From Chrysemys picta bellii (Eukaryota): a DNA stretch of 64,000 nucleotides. Under the pieces are notes generated by a model. It saw nothing but the letters and a program-made list of their open reading frames with translations. It was not told where the DNA came from and made no database searches. The stretch is from assembly GCF_011386835.1 (NCBI RefSeq), contig NC_088797.1, positions 70,866,001-70,930,000 of the forward strand, written 5' to 3'. Every line of letters begins with the position of its first letter. Within the stretch, counting starts at the first letter, position 1. Made by a program: the position numbers and the translations under genes. Shown here piece after piece: positions 24,961-37,665 of the stretch.

Positions 24961-26691
24961 ATATTTTACGTATATGCAGTAGATAGAAACACACACGTTT
25001 TTCTAAATATTGATCTGCTGTGTTAATATGCTAGCAAGGTAGTAATACATACGATAAGAACATTACTGTAGAGTTGTTTCCCCATAACAAAACACCACCT
25101 CTAGATCTTGGTCTCCTTTTGGAGCTAGCAAGTAGTAATTTCTTGGTACTGTCTAGCTATTGACTTTTGTCTTCTCTATGAAGGGCTTGATCCAAAGCCC
25201 TTTGAAGTCAATGGGGTATTTCTACTTACTATGGGTTTTGGATAGGCCCCATAGGAGGACAATGTTTGAAATCTGAAGTGATGTGAATGTTCAGTGTGTC
25301 ACCATTATCCGTCCCTTGCTTTCTTGAGCAGTGAATTTACTCCCTTTATTTCCTTTTAAAAAAGCAGTATTTAAAATGAAATATGCAGCTAGATGGATCA
25401 AATCTATTTCATAATCAAGCTACTATTTAACATTTCAGTGCAAATTTTAAAACAAATTAGATTGGTTAAGCTATTTAGGGCCGGAGACTGTTTCATTACT
25501 ATGCTTGTAGAGCACCTGTTACAATGGGCCTCTAGTCCCTGTTTGGGGCTTTTAGCCACTCTGGCTATGTAAAGCTTACTGCATTTAATTAAAAAAAAAT
25601 CACAGACCATAATAGAAGTTGGTGACTTTCCAAGTTAACTAGTAGTTAAAAACCAAAGCTGTCCTTTGAGGCAATATTTTTACCAATATGTTTCACCAAC
25701 TGATTCTATCCGCAGGCAGTATTGTACTGCTGCTCTTTCTCTGGGTCAATCACTCTTGGTCTTGTCTATATCTCATTGGAAAGTTATTTGTTCTTTATTG
25801 ACAGAGTTAATAAGTGACTGACATATTACACCTGATGTCTTAAAACCTACCAGACTGTCGCTCTTGAAAATTAGCCAGCGGGCTTGAAGATAGCGCAGAG
25901 TGTTTGCCTTTCAATCTACCACTTACATCTTGACAGGCTTTCCCCTTTTTCTGTGCTACTAGGCAGAGACGTCAAAAATGTAGGAATGATAAGCACCGTG
26001 GTGCATAACTTTAAATCCTGGCCCCCTGCCAGTGTTTCAGCTCATACGCCACCCAGACAACAAGTCAGCCAGCCCTTTATTTTATAATTTGTTTATGCAA
26101 ATCTCTAATCAGAAAGTGATCAGATCTGTTGTAACTTTTTGTGCCAGCTATTTTCTGGTGCTATAGAACTTAATTAGTAGATGTTGGTGGAACGGATTTT
26201 GGCCAATGATACCCTAATGAGTTATGATTGGGTGTGCATACAGTGACTTCAGTTTAGAAGTTATATGATGCACATGGAATGAGTTTTTACATTCCTACTT
26301 TGCAGCCAAACAGAGCAAACCATTTGCAAATACTAATGGGCCAAATTATCCCTGGTGAATGCAGATGCAATACCAGTGGAAGTCTGTAGGCCAAATTTAC
26401 ATTGGGGCTGGAAGAAGTGCAGTGGTGTAACTTGCATTAATTTGGTATTCACTGGGCATGGAAAACAAGTGCAATTTACACTGAGGGGGAAGAAAGGGTT
26501 GGGGCCATAGCAACTTACAGGAGGGTGCAAAGTAGCTTTCCAAAAACTTTCATTTTCACACCTTGCTGTTAACTGATTTTCCTTGATGCCTATTTCCAAC
26601 TTATCAACACAAGGTCTGCGAGCGTGGGTGTTCAGAAAGTGAACTGCTCTATTTTACACCTTCCTGCTAGTTGATTTTCCTGCTACATCAT

Positions 26692-26882
26692 GGGGGAGGG
26701 ATAGCTCAGTGGTTTGAGCATTGGCCTGCTAAACCCAGGATTGTGAGTTCAATCCTTGAGGGGGTCATTTAGGGAACTGGGGTAAAAATCTGTCTGAGGA
26801 TTGGTCTTGCTTTGAGCAGGGGGTTGGACTAGATGACCTCCTGAGGTCCCTTCCAACCCTGATATTCTATGATCTCTATGAT
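26692..26882 (+). mobile_element. tRNA-derived SINE with a CR1-shared 3' tail (tortoise Pol III/SINE type)
   Basis: A box TAGCTCAGTGG, B box GAGTTCAATCC; tail gcagggggttggactagatgacctcctgaggtcccttccaacc...ttctatga is nearly identical to the CR1 tail at 2307-2355. Confidence 0.9.
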
Positions 26883-27556
26883 CATCTCAGTATGTAAGCT
26901 ACACTTGTTTTGCATCCCCATTGAATGCCTAAATTGCATGGGTTATATTACCTAACAACTTGCACTCTATGTATAACATACATTGTCATTTAAGTTACCA
27001 ATACATTTGGCTTAGTGCTTATTTGCTGGTGTCTTCTGATATGAATGCACTGAACTACATAGATGTCTGCAAAGAAGAGCATCATCTTGTACTCTTATTA
27101 TCCATAAACCTTAAATAGTCCATATGTGAATTTTGAAAGCTTAATTATTGATAGCAGTGAATTTCACTCTTGTATATAGGGATGGCTTAAATTGTCGAGG
27201 GTCTGATTCAGCAAAGTGCTTAAGCAATGAGACTATTCAAATGCTTAGTTATATATGTACCCAAGTTCCTTGCTGAACTGGGACCTGTTATAAAAGAATT
27301 GTCTCAGACCATTGCCCAGAACCTGAACTGAACCTAGTCATTTAGAGCTTTGAAAATATCTATTAATATGGCCCCATTTCTGTGCCCTTCAGTACATCCC
27401 AGTTTCAACCTGAAGTACCAAGAGAATACATTCCTCCAGTGATAGCAAAATTGGAAGCCCCAGTATATAGGGGCCACCATTTTAAGCATCATATCTGCTA
27501 TACTTGCTCAGAGAGTCTAATTGACTTACTGCTTAAAACACCAGCAGCAGCCTTTC

Positions 27557-28288
27557 TCATAGACTTTAAGGCTAGAAGGGACCATCATAATCATCTAGTC
27601 TGACCTACTGCACATTGCAGGCCACAGAACCTCACTCACCCACACCTGTAATACACCCCTAACCTCTGGCTCAGTTAGAAGTCCTCAAATCACGATTTAA
27701 AGCAGGTGCGATGGAAGCTCCCTAAAAATGCTGGGGGCTGGGGGAGCACTGGTGCCCAAACCATGGTCTTGCCCCCATGCTGCCCCTTCCCCCGATGCCC
27801 CACCCCACCAACACTCATCCTTACAGCTGGTGAAAAGTGATGGGACCATGATCCCCTGGCCTCCCCAGTTCTAGTGCCCAAGATTTCAAGACTTAAAGTT
27901 ACAGAGACTTCACCATTTACACTAATTTAAACCTGCAAGTGACCCATGCCCCATGCTGCAAAGAAAGGTGAACCCCCCGCCCCCAGGGTCTCTGCCAATC
28001 TGAAAATTCCTTCCTGCCCCCAAAATATGATGATCAGTTAGACTCTGAGCATTTCAGCAAGACCCAACTGCCAGACACTTGGGAAAGAATTATCTGAAGT
28101 AATTCAAAGCTCTAGTGTCTCATCGGCCATTGAGGATATTTGCTACTAGCAGTCACAGATCAGCTACGTCTCATAATACCATCCCCTCCATTAACTTATC
28201 AAGCTCAGTCTTGAAGCCAGTTAGATCTTTTTGCCCCTACTACTCCCCTTGGAAGACTGGTCCAGAACTTCACTCCTCTGATGGTTAA
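27557..28288 (-). mobile_element. CR1 3' UTR fragment interrupted by a nested insertion
   Basis: tcatagactttaaggctagaagggaccatcataatcatctagtctgacc and ggaagactggtccagaacttcactcctctgatggttaag resemble the reverse complement of CR1 3' ends. Confidence 0.75.
27703..27882. mobile_element. GC-rich hAT-like non-autonomous element nested in the CR1 fragment
   Basis: Flanked by 8-bp atttaaag / atttcaag (7/8); loose terminal inverted similarity; abrupt GC shift. Confidence 0.5.
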
Positions 28289-29141
28289 GCTAGCCCTCCC
28301 AACGTTGGTATGATTAGGGGAGCTGGAGTAAGATGGTCAGCTTTGGGAGTAGTGGTGGTGAAATTTGGTGGCTCAGGAATGCTGCCAGACAAAGAGTAGA
28401 AGCCCCTTCGGCATTGTTCTCTTCTGTGAATCAAGTTTTGTTTCCTACAGTTCTGACTGACTGTGCCAACACCTACTGCTAAAGAAACACTAATGGAACA
28501 GAACCAGTTTGGCAATGGTGGGAAGTTAGGAAATTTTTGAAAAAATGGAATGGAGGTCCAGAAAAGCTTGTTCTTGTGAGATTTCTGTTATAGCCATGGT
28601 GGGCTGGGGGGTGGGGGGTGGGGAGAGAGAGAGAGTTGGGATAAATTGAAAGATGTCAAACTTCTAGATCCGCATTGGAACCTCAACCTGCTTGCTTGCT
28701 ACCTCTCACCAGTATTCACTAGTGTTACCTGCTCATTGAAACTGAAGTCAGTGGGTGACTAGTAGGAGTTAAGGACTGTAGAATTTGCCTAACGGTAAAC
28801 TGAAGTCCACGACCCAGAACAGTGCACCATCTATGCTATATGCAGTTTTTCAAAGGGTTTTAAAAGCCTATTGCATTTTAATATTCAATACCTCTCATTG
28901 GAAAAAGAAGCCACAATGTATCCCCAAGTGATAGAAGGGCCTCAGCCCAATGAGCTAATGGATATCGAGGTTCTATGATTAGCCAAGAATTAACAGTGTT
29001 TCAGGGAAAGAGGCTTAAATATGAAAGTCTTTAGTGAAATACATCTGTCAGAGTATGTTCTATGCACTTTTAGCTTAAAAAAGAAAGGAAAATAAAATGC
29101 ACAATAGCTTAGTTCAATACGGAAACAAACTGTTTGTTTAC

Positions 29142-29270
29142 CTTGTCTGCCTCAGACCCAATCTCAAGCTGCTGCTTCTGCTTAATGCAGATCTGCCCCA
29201 CTTTTGCCAGGAGCTCGTGTGGGTGGATGAAGACTCTGGAGCTCAGTAGGAAAGTGAAGATGTAAGTCCT
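29142..29270 (-). CDS. RASGEF1A: RASGEF1A coding exon 2 (RTYIFTFLLSSRVFIHPHELLAKVGQICIKQKQQLEIGSEADK)
   Basis: tttcttgcAG acceptor, AAG|GTAAAC donor, 129 nt, phase 0-0; REM-domain sequence. Confidence 0.95.
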
Positions 29271-32200
29271 CTGCAAGAAAGATGGGTGGGGAGGGGGAAA
29301 CGAGTGAGAAACTTGAGCAGAACAACAGATGGAACTTTCCCTAGGTTAAGCTTTCTGCATATCACCTTCCCCAGGGATCAATGCCCCTTCCTAGCTTTAC
29401 TGGTAACAATAGGAAGAAATACACTATGTTTCAGAAGCTGTTAATAGAGCTATTTTTTTCAGATTCCCAAACTATTTGTCACGTCAAGATACCAAACTAA
29501 ATATGCCTAAGTAGTTGTCCTTCACCAAAAAGACGAACGACATCTGTCCAAGGATGCTAGCACCCCATCTTGAACACTGTTATTTATGCTGCTTTGTTTC
29601 TTTAAGAGCAATTGTTTTTATTTGACTGCCCAAAACCTATTGCAAGTTAGTTCCAAACCACAGCAGTGTTTTTGTTTCATATGTGTTTTTCCTTTCCATG
29701 CTCTTTCCCACAATCAATGTTACAGGCTTGGGTTCAGTTTGCACTCATACGACAATATTTCAGTTTTAAGCCAGTAAAACTCTTTGCTTCCTTGAGGCCC
29801 AATTCAGATCCCTTTGAACTTTTATAGCACTATATCAGTGGTAAGCATTATTATTATCATTAGGATTAGGCCCTCAATGTGTACTTACACAAGCTGGGTC
29901 AGATTCTGTTCTGAGTTACAGCCAGGCAGCTCCATTGATTCAAGGTGAATATATGTTCAAGTGACACAGGGTAACATTTGTCCCATTTGTTTTTCTGAAC
30001 TCCTAATGCAAAAGTTTCATTTGTGACTTGGCTTCTCTACAGGCACATTCAAATGTAGTCTCATGAGGACTGATAACATCTCCCAGTGTATTAAGCAGCG
30101 CAGTCTAGGTTGCCTTTACTGTTATTCTTTAGAATTCTTGACTTTGTGCAATTTGGAATTGGAAAACTGTTCTCAACTGCTTAAACTTGAGCATGTAAAT
30201 GACCAAATTTGCAATGTTTTGTGTTAATTTTGCATCAGGTTTACAGAAACTGGAACTGGCATGCTGAAACCAGGCAGGTACATAACTGCCTAATTTACAC
30301 ACGCACACATGTCTGTGGGATTGCACAAGTGAACTGAGGCCCCAGCAAATTTAAGGCAGTTAGTAAAAAATGTGGCCTCTGTTGTATTAGCTGTTCACTA
30401 GACAATCAGATGACCTTGTCTATTTTCTTCAAACACACACACATTTTAAATCATGATGGTCTCTTTATCAATCCAAAGAAAAGATGATTTTTCTCTCTAA
30501 TTACAGGCAAATAGGCTGTTAATACAGACATTTAGTTTCATGTCCATTATGCAGTGTTATAACATTTGTAGCAGAACAAATCCCTCTGCAGCAAAAGACA
30601 AAAGGAAGCTTTTATGAAAAAATTGAACAGAAAATGACTGTTTCTTGGGAATGAGAGAATTGTAGACTGAATACCATCAGTTACAGAACTACTTCTATCC
30701 CCTGTTGAGGAAGGGGAACAGAGCTAAATTACAAAGGGTGCGTTTTAATAGTTCATTTTGGGTTTAGAGATCTGGTTTTGGTGATGCTCCTATGCTTAGA
30801 ATTGAGAGTTTCACTAGTATCAGTAATATCTGTAGGACCAGAATGAACTTTTAAAGGTCTGTATCCACTATGGATGGACTAAGGAAGTAAGGGAGACACA
30901 GCTGGCTAAATCTGGAGATTTGGGGTCTAATGCTTAACTGCTGTAATACAGAAAAGCTCTGTTGATACCTCTGGGCAGCTCTGTCCTGTGATCAGGCTCA
31001 AGTGGAAGTTAGCTCAGGCGACTGGATACTCTTCCTGGTGTGAGAGTAGGCTGGTTATAACATTTCTGACATATTGCAGTTCAGGATAGTTTACAGGCCA
31101 TTCTTGGTTTGGCATTTTGCTCAAGAACTTTTCTTATTTGCAATGAATTATGGAAGTTGCACATGATTCCTTCACATGCGCCTGGAAATGGTTATTACTC
31201 TGCTGCCAATCTGTGATGGAAGTTTATAAGCATAATTCTTCGGCAGTGGGTGCTCTATATTTTTGAGATAATTTGAAGTTGGAATGAACCCCAACCTTGT
31301 CCCACAAATTGGAAAGGAGACTCAACAGAGTTACAGGCCAATGTCTCAGATCTGTCTTCTCACATTCCATACAGTATAGGCCTAGCAAATGCAACAGGCA
31401 GCAGCGCTGAATGTGAGAAATAAACTTCAGAGTGCCAACTCAAAACAGTAACATGTGAAAGTACTGTTGTGGTGTGTTATAAGCCATGCATAGTTCACTT
31501 CTATTCCTGTTGTTTTTCCCCCTTACAGCCAAATTCTGCACTCACATATATGATCCCTCTGACTTAAAGCAATGGGCACTCCCTGGTGTAATTGAGGAGA
31601 GACTTTAGCACTTGGGTGCAGTTCTTATACTTGTAATTGGACTGTGTATAAATTCTTCTTCTGGAAATGGGTCAAGTCCTTCTTGCTTTGACACTCCCTC
31701 ACCTCCCATTCTGTGAATAACTAGAGAAGAGGTGTGAAAGGTTTGTCTCTCCAAGTCCCTTGGGTTTTCCACAAATGCACTTTTCTGCGAGGGAAGGAGG
31801 GAATAGTGTTGAGACTGTCAGGAAAGCTGCCTTTACTAGGTTAGTAGAAGATAGCTGAAATATAAGCTGTGCTGTCCTATCAATGACCTTCGCTCTGATA
31901 AGCTAGGCCACATTCTTTGTGGCAAGATATATTTTAGCCTTGCACACTAATTCTAGTCTAGGTCTCTTCCTGAAAGTTTGTGTTCTGTGGGATACTGTTT
32001 ATCCAGAGTGAATCCGAGATAACCATACTCAGAATACCAGTTCTTTAAAGTCCTGCTGTAGGCTGGGACTAAATCCAAATGATCAGGGCTCTTGTGGTTT
32101 TTTTTTTTTTTGGTGGTTTGTGTTAAAACAGTGCTCACAAAAGTGCAGAACTCATACAGCCAGAAATAGCGCAGGCAATGTATATCTCATTTCTAACTAG

Positions 32201-32309
32201 CAATAGCCACACAGTGCCAATCCAGGCCTTCTCCAGAGTTTGGGCTGCCTGTTTTTTGATATGAACAAAATCCCCCATGGCATTGGTTTTGCCCAGTATT
32301 TAATTTACT

Positions 32310-32398
32310 GGGACCAGATTCACAACTGGTGTAAAATGGAATAGTTACATTGCTGTCAGTAGAGAGATGCCAGCGTACACCAGCTAGGAATCTGGCCC
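32310..32398. mobile_element. Short gggccagat-type hairpin element
   Basis: gggaccagattcacaactggtgta ... tacaccagctaggaatctggccc; related partial copies near 13646, 23119 and 56300. Confidence 0.6.
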
Positions 32399-33919
32399 CA
32401 TTTGTCCAGGCTTCTTGATCTGATTCTGCTGTAATTTACACAAGTGTAAAATCAGGAGGAAATCCAGTTGAATAATGAGAGTGCAAACCTGGTGTATGTC
32501 TCTCTATTTGAATAATGAGCCTCTAGGGTAAGGTCTGGTCACTGCCCACCTCATCCTATTCCATTGTGTGTTGAGTCTAGGTTGAACGAATGAAATGAGT
32601 CTCCCCCCTACCCCCAGTACATACATACTCACTATCTGGTACAAATGTCTTAGGACCTGTCTACGTGGGGGATTTTGATGATTGTTACAGCTGTGCTAGT
32701 TCACACATCCAGTGGAGATGGTCCACACCAGTGTAAACCATGACTCTGACCAGTGAAGCATACCTCAGCTTTAAAGCCCTTACTAGGTGATCCCACTCCC
32801 ATTGACTTGAATGGCAGTTGGATCAGACCCCTCAGTCTGCTAAACAGACACGATTGCCCTAAAAGGTGGAAGCCAGTGTGCTGGGAGCTTAGATGAGATC
32901 ACCTAATCTTTTTTAGTTTGTGTGTGAGCCATAAACCAGGATTTAAATTGGAGGCCTCCTGAGGGAAAAAGCTGTTGCTTTGAACCAGCTTTACTTAACA
33001 CACAGACACACACGCTGTCTCATAGGTGCTCCCTCTTTTTTTTGATTAAGATGGCTTGGACCAGGAAATTCAGCTATGTAGCTAGCTGGTTTGACAAAGA
33101 ATGATTTTAAAAAATGCTTCCTTAAATGGTGAGGTTGAAAATTATGCCCCAACGCTGGCAGGTATTTGGAAGAAGATGAGGAAAATTCCTCTCGGCACTT
33201 TAGAACAACTTAAGCTGACACAAAAGGGTTCTGTGCTTTACAAGAAAAAAAGGAAGCAGATTTCTTTAGTTCCTAAAGTTGTTGCTAAGAGACGTCCTAA
33301 ACTATAAAAAGGACAAAGAGAGAGAGAGCAAGACTAAAGAGGCAACTGTTACTTTATGGCCCAAGAATGTACTGATGTCTTCTTGAGGAAAAAGAAAAAT
33401 ATTTTCCTTGTGCTCTTGCTGCTTGATCTGGAACTTCTTATTTGTGAAATAGTTGCTTGAAACTTTCTCTTGCTTGGGCATGAGGATTACAGACCAGTAC
33501 ATTCCATTCCTAACTTCCAGAACGCTGCTGTCTCATGAGCACACATTTTTCTATGCACCAGAGAAGCCTCTGTACACAAACAAGCCTCCCAGGAGCAGCA
33601 CACAAACATAGGCCCTTATCTCGCCTCTCCTCTCCCTCCTGCTGACCTCCATCTACAGCTCTGCCAACATGACAGAGAAGTCTTGTGTTGCTTGAAACCA
33701 GAATGGAAAAATACAGTATTTTTTCCCCATCCGGTTTAGGGAAGGATACTGGGATCTTTAGCGTCACATAGACACAAAGTGGAGTATTTTCCAAGCAATG
33801 TGCTTGGCGAAGTTAGTTCAGAGGGTTTGGTGAGAACCAGCTTCTTTTCAGTGATTTACAAATGTGTCACTGCTGAACTCAGGAAATCTATACTGACATC
33901 ACTGATTGTTGCTTTAAGC

Positions 33920-34304
33920 CAGTAGTTCTCAATCAGGGGTACGCAGAGGTGTTCCAGGGGATACCTCAACTCATCTAAATATTTGCCTAGTTTTACAACA
34001 GGATACATAAAAAGCAGTTGCAAAATCAGTATAAACTAAAATTTCATACAGACAATGACTTATTTATACTGCTGTATATGTTATACACTGAAGTATAAGT
34101 ACATTATATTATATTATAATTTATTTTATAATTATATGGTAAAAATATGAAAGCAATTTTTCAGTAATAGAGTGCTGGAACACTGTATTTTTATGTCTGA
34201 CTTTGTAAGCAACTAGTTTTTAAGTGAGGTGTAACTTGAGGGTTTGCAAGACAAATCAGAGTCCTGAAAGAGGTACAGTAGTCTGGAAAGGTTGAGAGCC
34301 ACTG
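33920..34304. mobile_element. hAT (Charlie-like) non-autonomous DNA transposon
   Basis: TIR cagtagttctcaat...gttgagagccactg; 8-bp target duplication ctttaagc / ctctaagc. Confidence 0.85.
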
Positions 34305-34607
34305 CTCTAAGCAAGGCCAAACTGGCAATACAAAACCCGCTATCACCGCTCCTGGCATATGCTACCAGTGAAATGGGACTAATGGGCTTTGCTCTTTCCT
34401 TTCAAGCATCACAGCCAAGATGACAGAGTAAGTGGGCTGTCACTCTGTTCCTTTGTGGCCACTCCTTTTTAAAGTAAAAATAGGTGTGGGTTGAAGTCTA
34501 AACCTGTAACCAGATCCAAATCCAGGCTTTTTGGGAGGCTTGGATTTGGGATGACTTGTATCCAGCCCACTCTTTACACTGTTCAAGCTGTTTTGTTTTA
34601 TTATGTA

Positions 34608-34801
34608 TCAGAGGGGTAGCCGTGTTAGTCTGAATCTGTAAAAAGCAACAGAGGGTCCTGTGGCACCTTTAAGACTAACAGAAGTATTGGGAGCATAAGC
34701 TTTCGTGGCTAAGAACTCACATCTGAAGAAGTGAGGTTCTTACCCACGAAAGCTTATGCTTCCAATACTTCTGTTAGTCTTAAAGGTGCCACAGGACCCT
34801 C
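34608..34801. mobile_element. Palindromic Penelope-like element remnant
   Basis: gaggggtagccgtgttagtctg head; ~70-bp inverted arms 34650-34720 / 34731-34802; exact 17-bp direct repeat ttttgttttattatgta at 34591-34607 and 34802-34818. Confidence 0.8.
34719..34759 (+). ncRNA. Degenerate minimal type I hammerhead ribozyme motif
   Basis: ACAU-CUGAAGA-A-GUGAG...CCCAC-GAAA-GCUU-AUGC: CUGANGA and GAAA cores present, palindromic AGCU stem III, stem I CAU/AUG, one mismatch in stem II. Confidence 0.6.
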
Positions 34802-36598
34802 TTTTGTTTTATTATGTAACCCTTTATGCTAAGATCAATTTGCTGTCAGTGATCTGACCTCTCTAAGGGAATGTACCTCCTGCTGTGGCAGGGTTTTCCC
34901 ATCTCTCTTCCAGGAACTTACTTGGCTGCTTGACAGGTTTTGCATCCCCTGTGACTTGTTTGCTTGTTTATTTGGATCATAAGGTCCTCATGGTGGGCAC
35001 CTAGATTTATGTATTTGTAATGCACTTAGCATGCTTGGTGTATTACAGAATATCTGTAACTCCTAAGATCCACAAATCATTGCTAGAACCCTGAAGATAA
35101 TATCAACAATAGGGAGCAAGATTCAAAATAGCTGTGTTATAAATAGACAGCCCCTTACGCTAAGGGACTTGCATTAGCAGCTACTTAATGAGCTGCAGGA
35201 AGGAACTCAAGCAGCTACGAGCTGTGCCATAGTACTATGTAACAGGTGGAGAACGGATTCTTACAAGGCTTAACTGCAGCAGTGTAATGCTACTTGCCTG
35301 GTGTACAAAACCTCATGCTCTTTTCTAGCTCTACCTGCTGCTTTCTTCATCACACTGAGTGTCTTGAAGGAAGGAACAAACCTGGGCCTGCTGTACATGG
35401 TGTACTAAAAACTCATAAAAGAATGGAACAAATGGAGGCATTAACACCAAATGGTGGTTAACCCGCTGGGCTTTATGAAGAATTACGTACTCTGTGTGTC
35501 TGTCTGTCAAATGCAATGCAATTAGCGCTCTGCGTGGTAAATAGAAGCTTTAGGACTGCTTTTGAATTGGAAAGTTGCTACATTCCTTTTTTGTAAAAAC
35601 AAACCTAACATTTCGGACAAAGCTACTGGTGTTGTGTTCAAGGGAACTACATGTGGGGATGAAAATCTTTTTGTAGTGAGGGATGGTGCGTTTTTAATTG
35701 TGACCTCAAAATAATAAATAAAGCACAAATCCAGCTCAGGAAGGCTCCTGCTACAAGACATACCTGGTATGGCCCACAGTAATGTGTGATTTTAATATAG
35801 CTAAAGGGTTTGGATTCCTCTACCACTGCTGTGCTTTTTCCCAGGGCTTAAACACAGCTTGTGCTATACAATCTTTATGCTCTTCTGCAACCTCCTTAAC
35901 TAAAACCTTCCACTTAATGGGGCTGAGGGGGTTATTTTAAGTAATGTAATAATCTCTGAATAATATCCTAGGTTGGGATGCCTATTGCATACCCGGCAGT
36001 TACACGTGGTGTTTATTTCAGTGGATTGTGGCGAGAATGTCGAAACAGCTGCAAAACCATTCCTAGGTTCAGAAACTTAAATTCTAGCAGAACTGGCCAG
36101 TTCAGATGTGCTGAGAAAGAACATTTAATTAAAGTCTGTTTTTTGCTTTTCAGTGTACCTAACTAAAAGAGACACAAAATAAGAGGAAAAAATTGAGCTG
36201 TGCTCAGCACACAGCTGATATCTTTCCCCCCAGCAGAATCCAGTTAGTAGCTAATCTTGGTTGCACTAGAGCAAAGGCAGCTTAGCGGGATCGAAATTTC
36301 TTCTGCTAATGCTGCTGTTAATTGGTTTTTAGTGTGCCTGACAGGGGTTCAGCAGGGCTTGATTTCACTAGCAAATATTGCTGTTCAAAAAGATAGAGGG
36401 TCCCTCCCAGGTGGGCATCAGATCCTATGAAGGGAAGGCCCATTACTTGCAACAAAGCAATTAGATCATTAGGCCTATTTGATCATCTTGGTTAAGATGA
36501 AGCAATTTTTAAGAAAATTAATTAATAATACCACCTGTGTTGGGATCGTGACTCTGTTTAGATGCCAGAGGAATACAAGTTCTGAAATGTCTACTTAC

Positions 36599-36772
36599 AT
36601 CTGGATAATAGTCCATGGTGGGCACCAGGCGCTCTATCAGGGCCTCCAGTGATCCAGAGACGAGATTCCCATCCTGGTAAACAGGATCTCCACATCTCTC
36701 GCCCATGTCTGGCTGCACCTGCCCACTACAACTGGAACCGAGCATGCTGGAAAATATTGGTGTCTGGGGCAT
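36599..36772 (-). CDS. RASGEF1A: RASGEF1A coding exon 1 (MPQTPIFSSMLGSSCSGQVQPDMGERCGDPVYQDGNLVSGSLEALIERLVPTMDYYPD); the exon begins at 36778 with GAAACT before the ATG
   Basis: Acceptor cttccttcaatcctgcAG at 36779-36780, ATG in an A(-3) context, donor GAT|GTAAGT at 36598. Confidence 0.95.
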
Positions 36773-37665
36773 AGTTTCCTGCAGGATTGAAGGAAGAAAG
36801 AAGGAGGGTTCAGGTTTCTTTGCAGATCTCTACTGTGAGTCTTCATGGCTTTTGCAAAGGCATAAATTAGACACAGATTACATATTGGAGTGAACACAGC
36901 ATGGGCATTGGGGGAGGAAGATGTGAGCCCAAACTCCCACAGACCTGCAGATGGCATTTAGTTTTGAAATTACATGCAACCTATGTTCCTAATTTCTTCA
37001 CTGTGTAGTTGCTGTCAGGATGTTCCCCCTCCCTCCCCCCCCCATTACAAATAAGACTATAGAGATATCAGCACAAAATACCATGTAAATTGAAGGAGCA
37101 ATCTCACACATAGATAACAAATCATGACCTATTCTACAAACAACTACATTACATGGGCACAGTGTCCTTGTTTAATGTTCTGGGGGGAGGTCTTTTAGAG
37201 AAAATACTAAACCCTGCTGGATATGTGGCGATAAACCCTCCAGTAATAATCTCTCTTGCTAGGTCTAGCCCAGATAGTGACAGAAGTGCATTTTGTCTTG
37301 CACATACTTGGACACATGGACTGCACTGCCAATGATTAGGGATGTACCACCTGAACAAGAATGTCCTGTTGTGTAGCATTTGACCGTATGAGTTGGGTGA
37401 GCTTGAACAAACACTCCAATATTTGTGCCTGACCTCTTAGGAGACTGTTTTACCTTGGAAACATAAAGCAAAGCTGCTGTAGTGACATACAAACCAAATA
37501 AGCTCTTTTCTCTTGACCAGAAGCTACAGTATGTTGTAGTTACCATGTGCAAATAAGTCTTGACGTGCAAAAAAACCCAAACAAACCTGACTACAACTTA
37601 AATTTACATTGAAGGAAAAACAAAGCATGTTACCGAAATATGCAAAGTTTCCCATTCCCTATAGT

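Larger units (their letters stand above)
5039..36772 (-). other. RASGEF1A: Gene span (start to stop codon) of Ras-GEF domain-containing family member 1A; 12 coding exons, 475 aa
   Basis: Manual splicing of 12 minus-strand exons (174+129+138+222+75+93+103+80+192+124+73+25 = 1428 nt) gives one open frame with an N-terminal REM region and a CDC25-type GEF domain (QQLTHIEL, FNIGNFNSMMAIISGMN, IPVFNLFIKDIYF). The N-terminus SCSGQVQPDMGER and C-terminus KDSWKTLRTTLLNRA match paralog 1A, not 1B or 1C, as recalled. Confidence 0.96.

Noticed and set aside
26692-26765. tRNA-like sequence with A and B boxes
   Set aside because: It is the head of a SINE: no closed acceptor stem, and it runs into a CR1-type tail. 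Not a tRNA gene.
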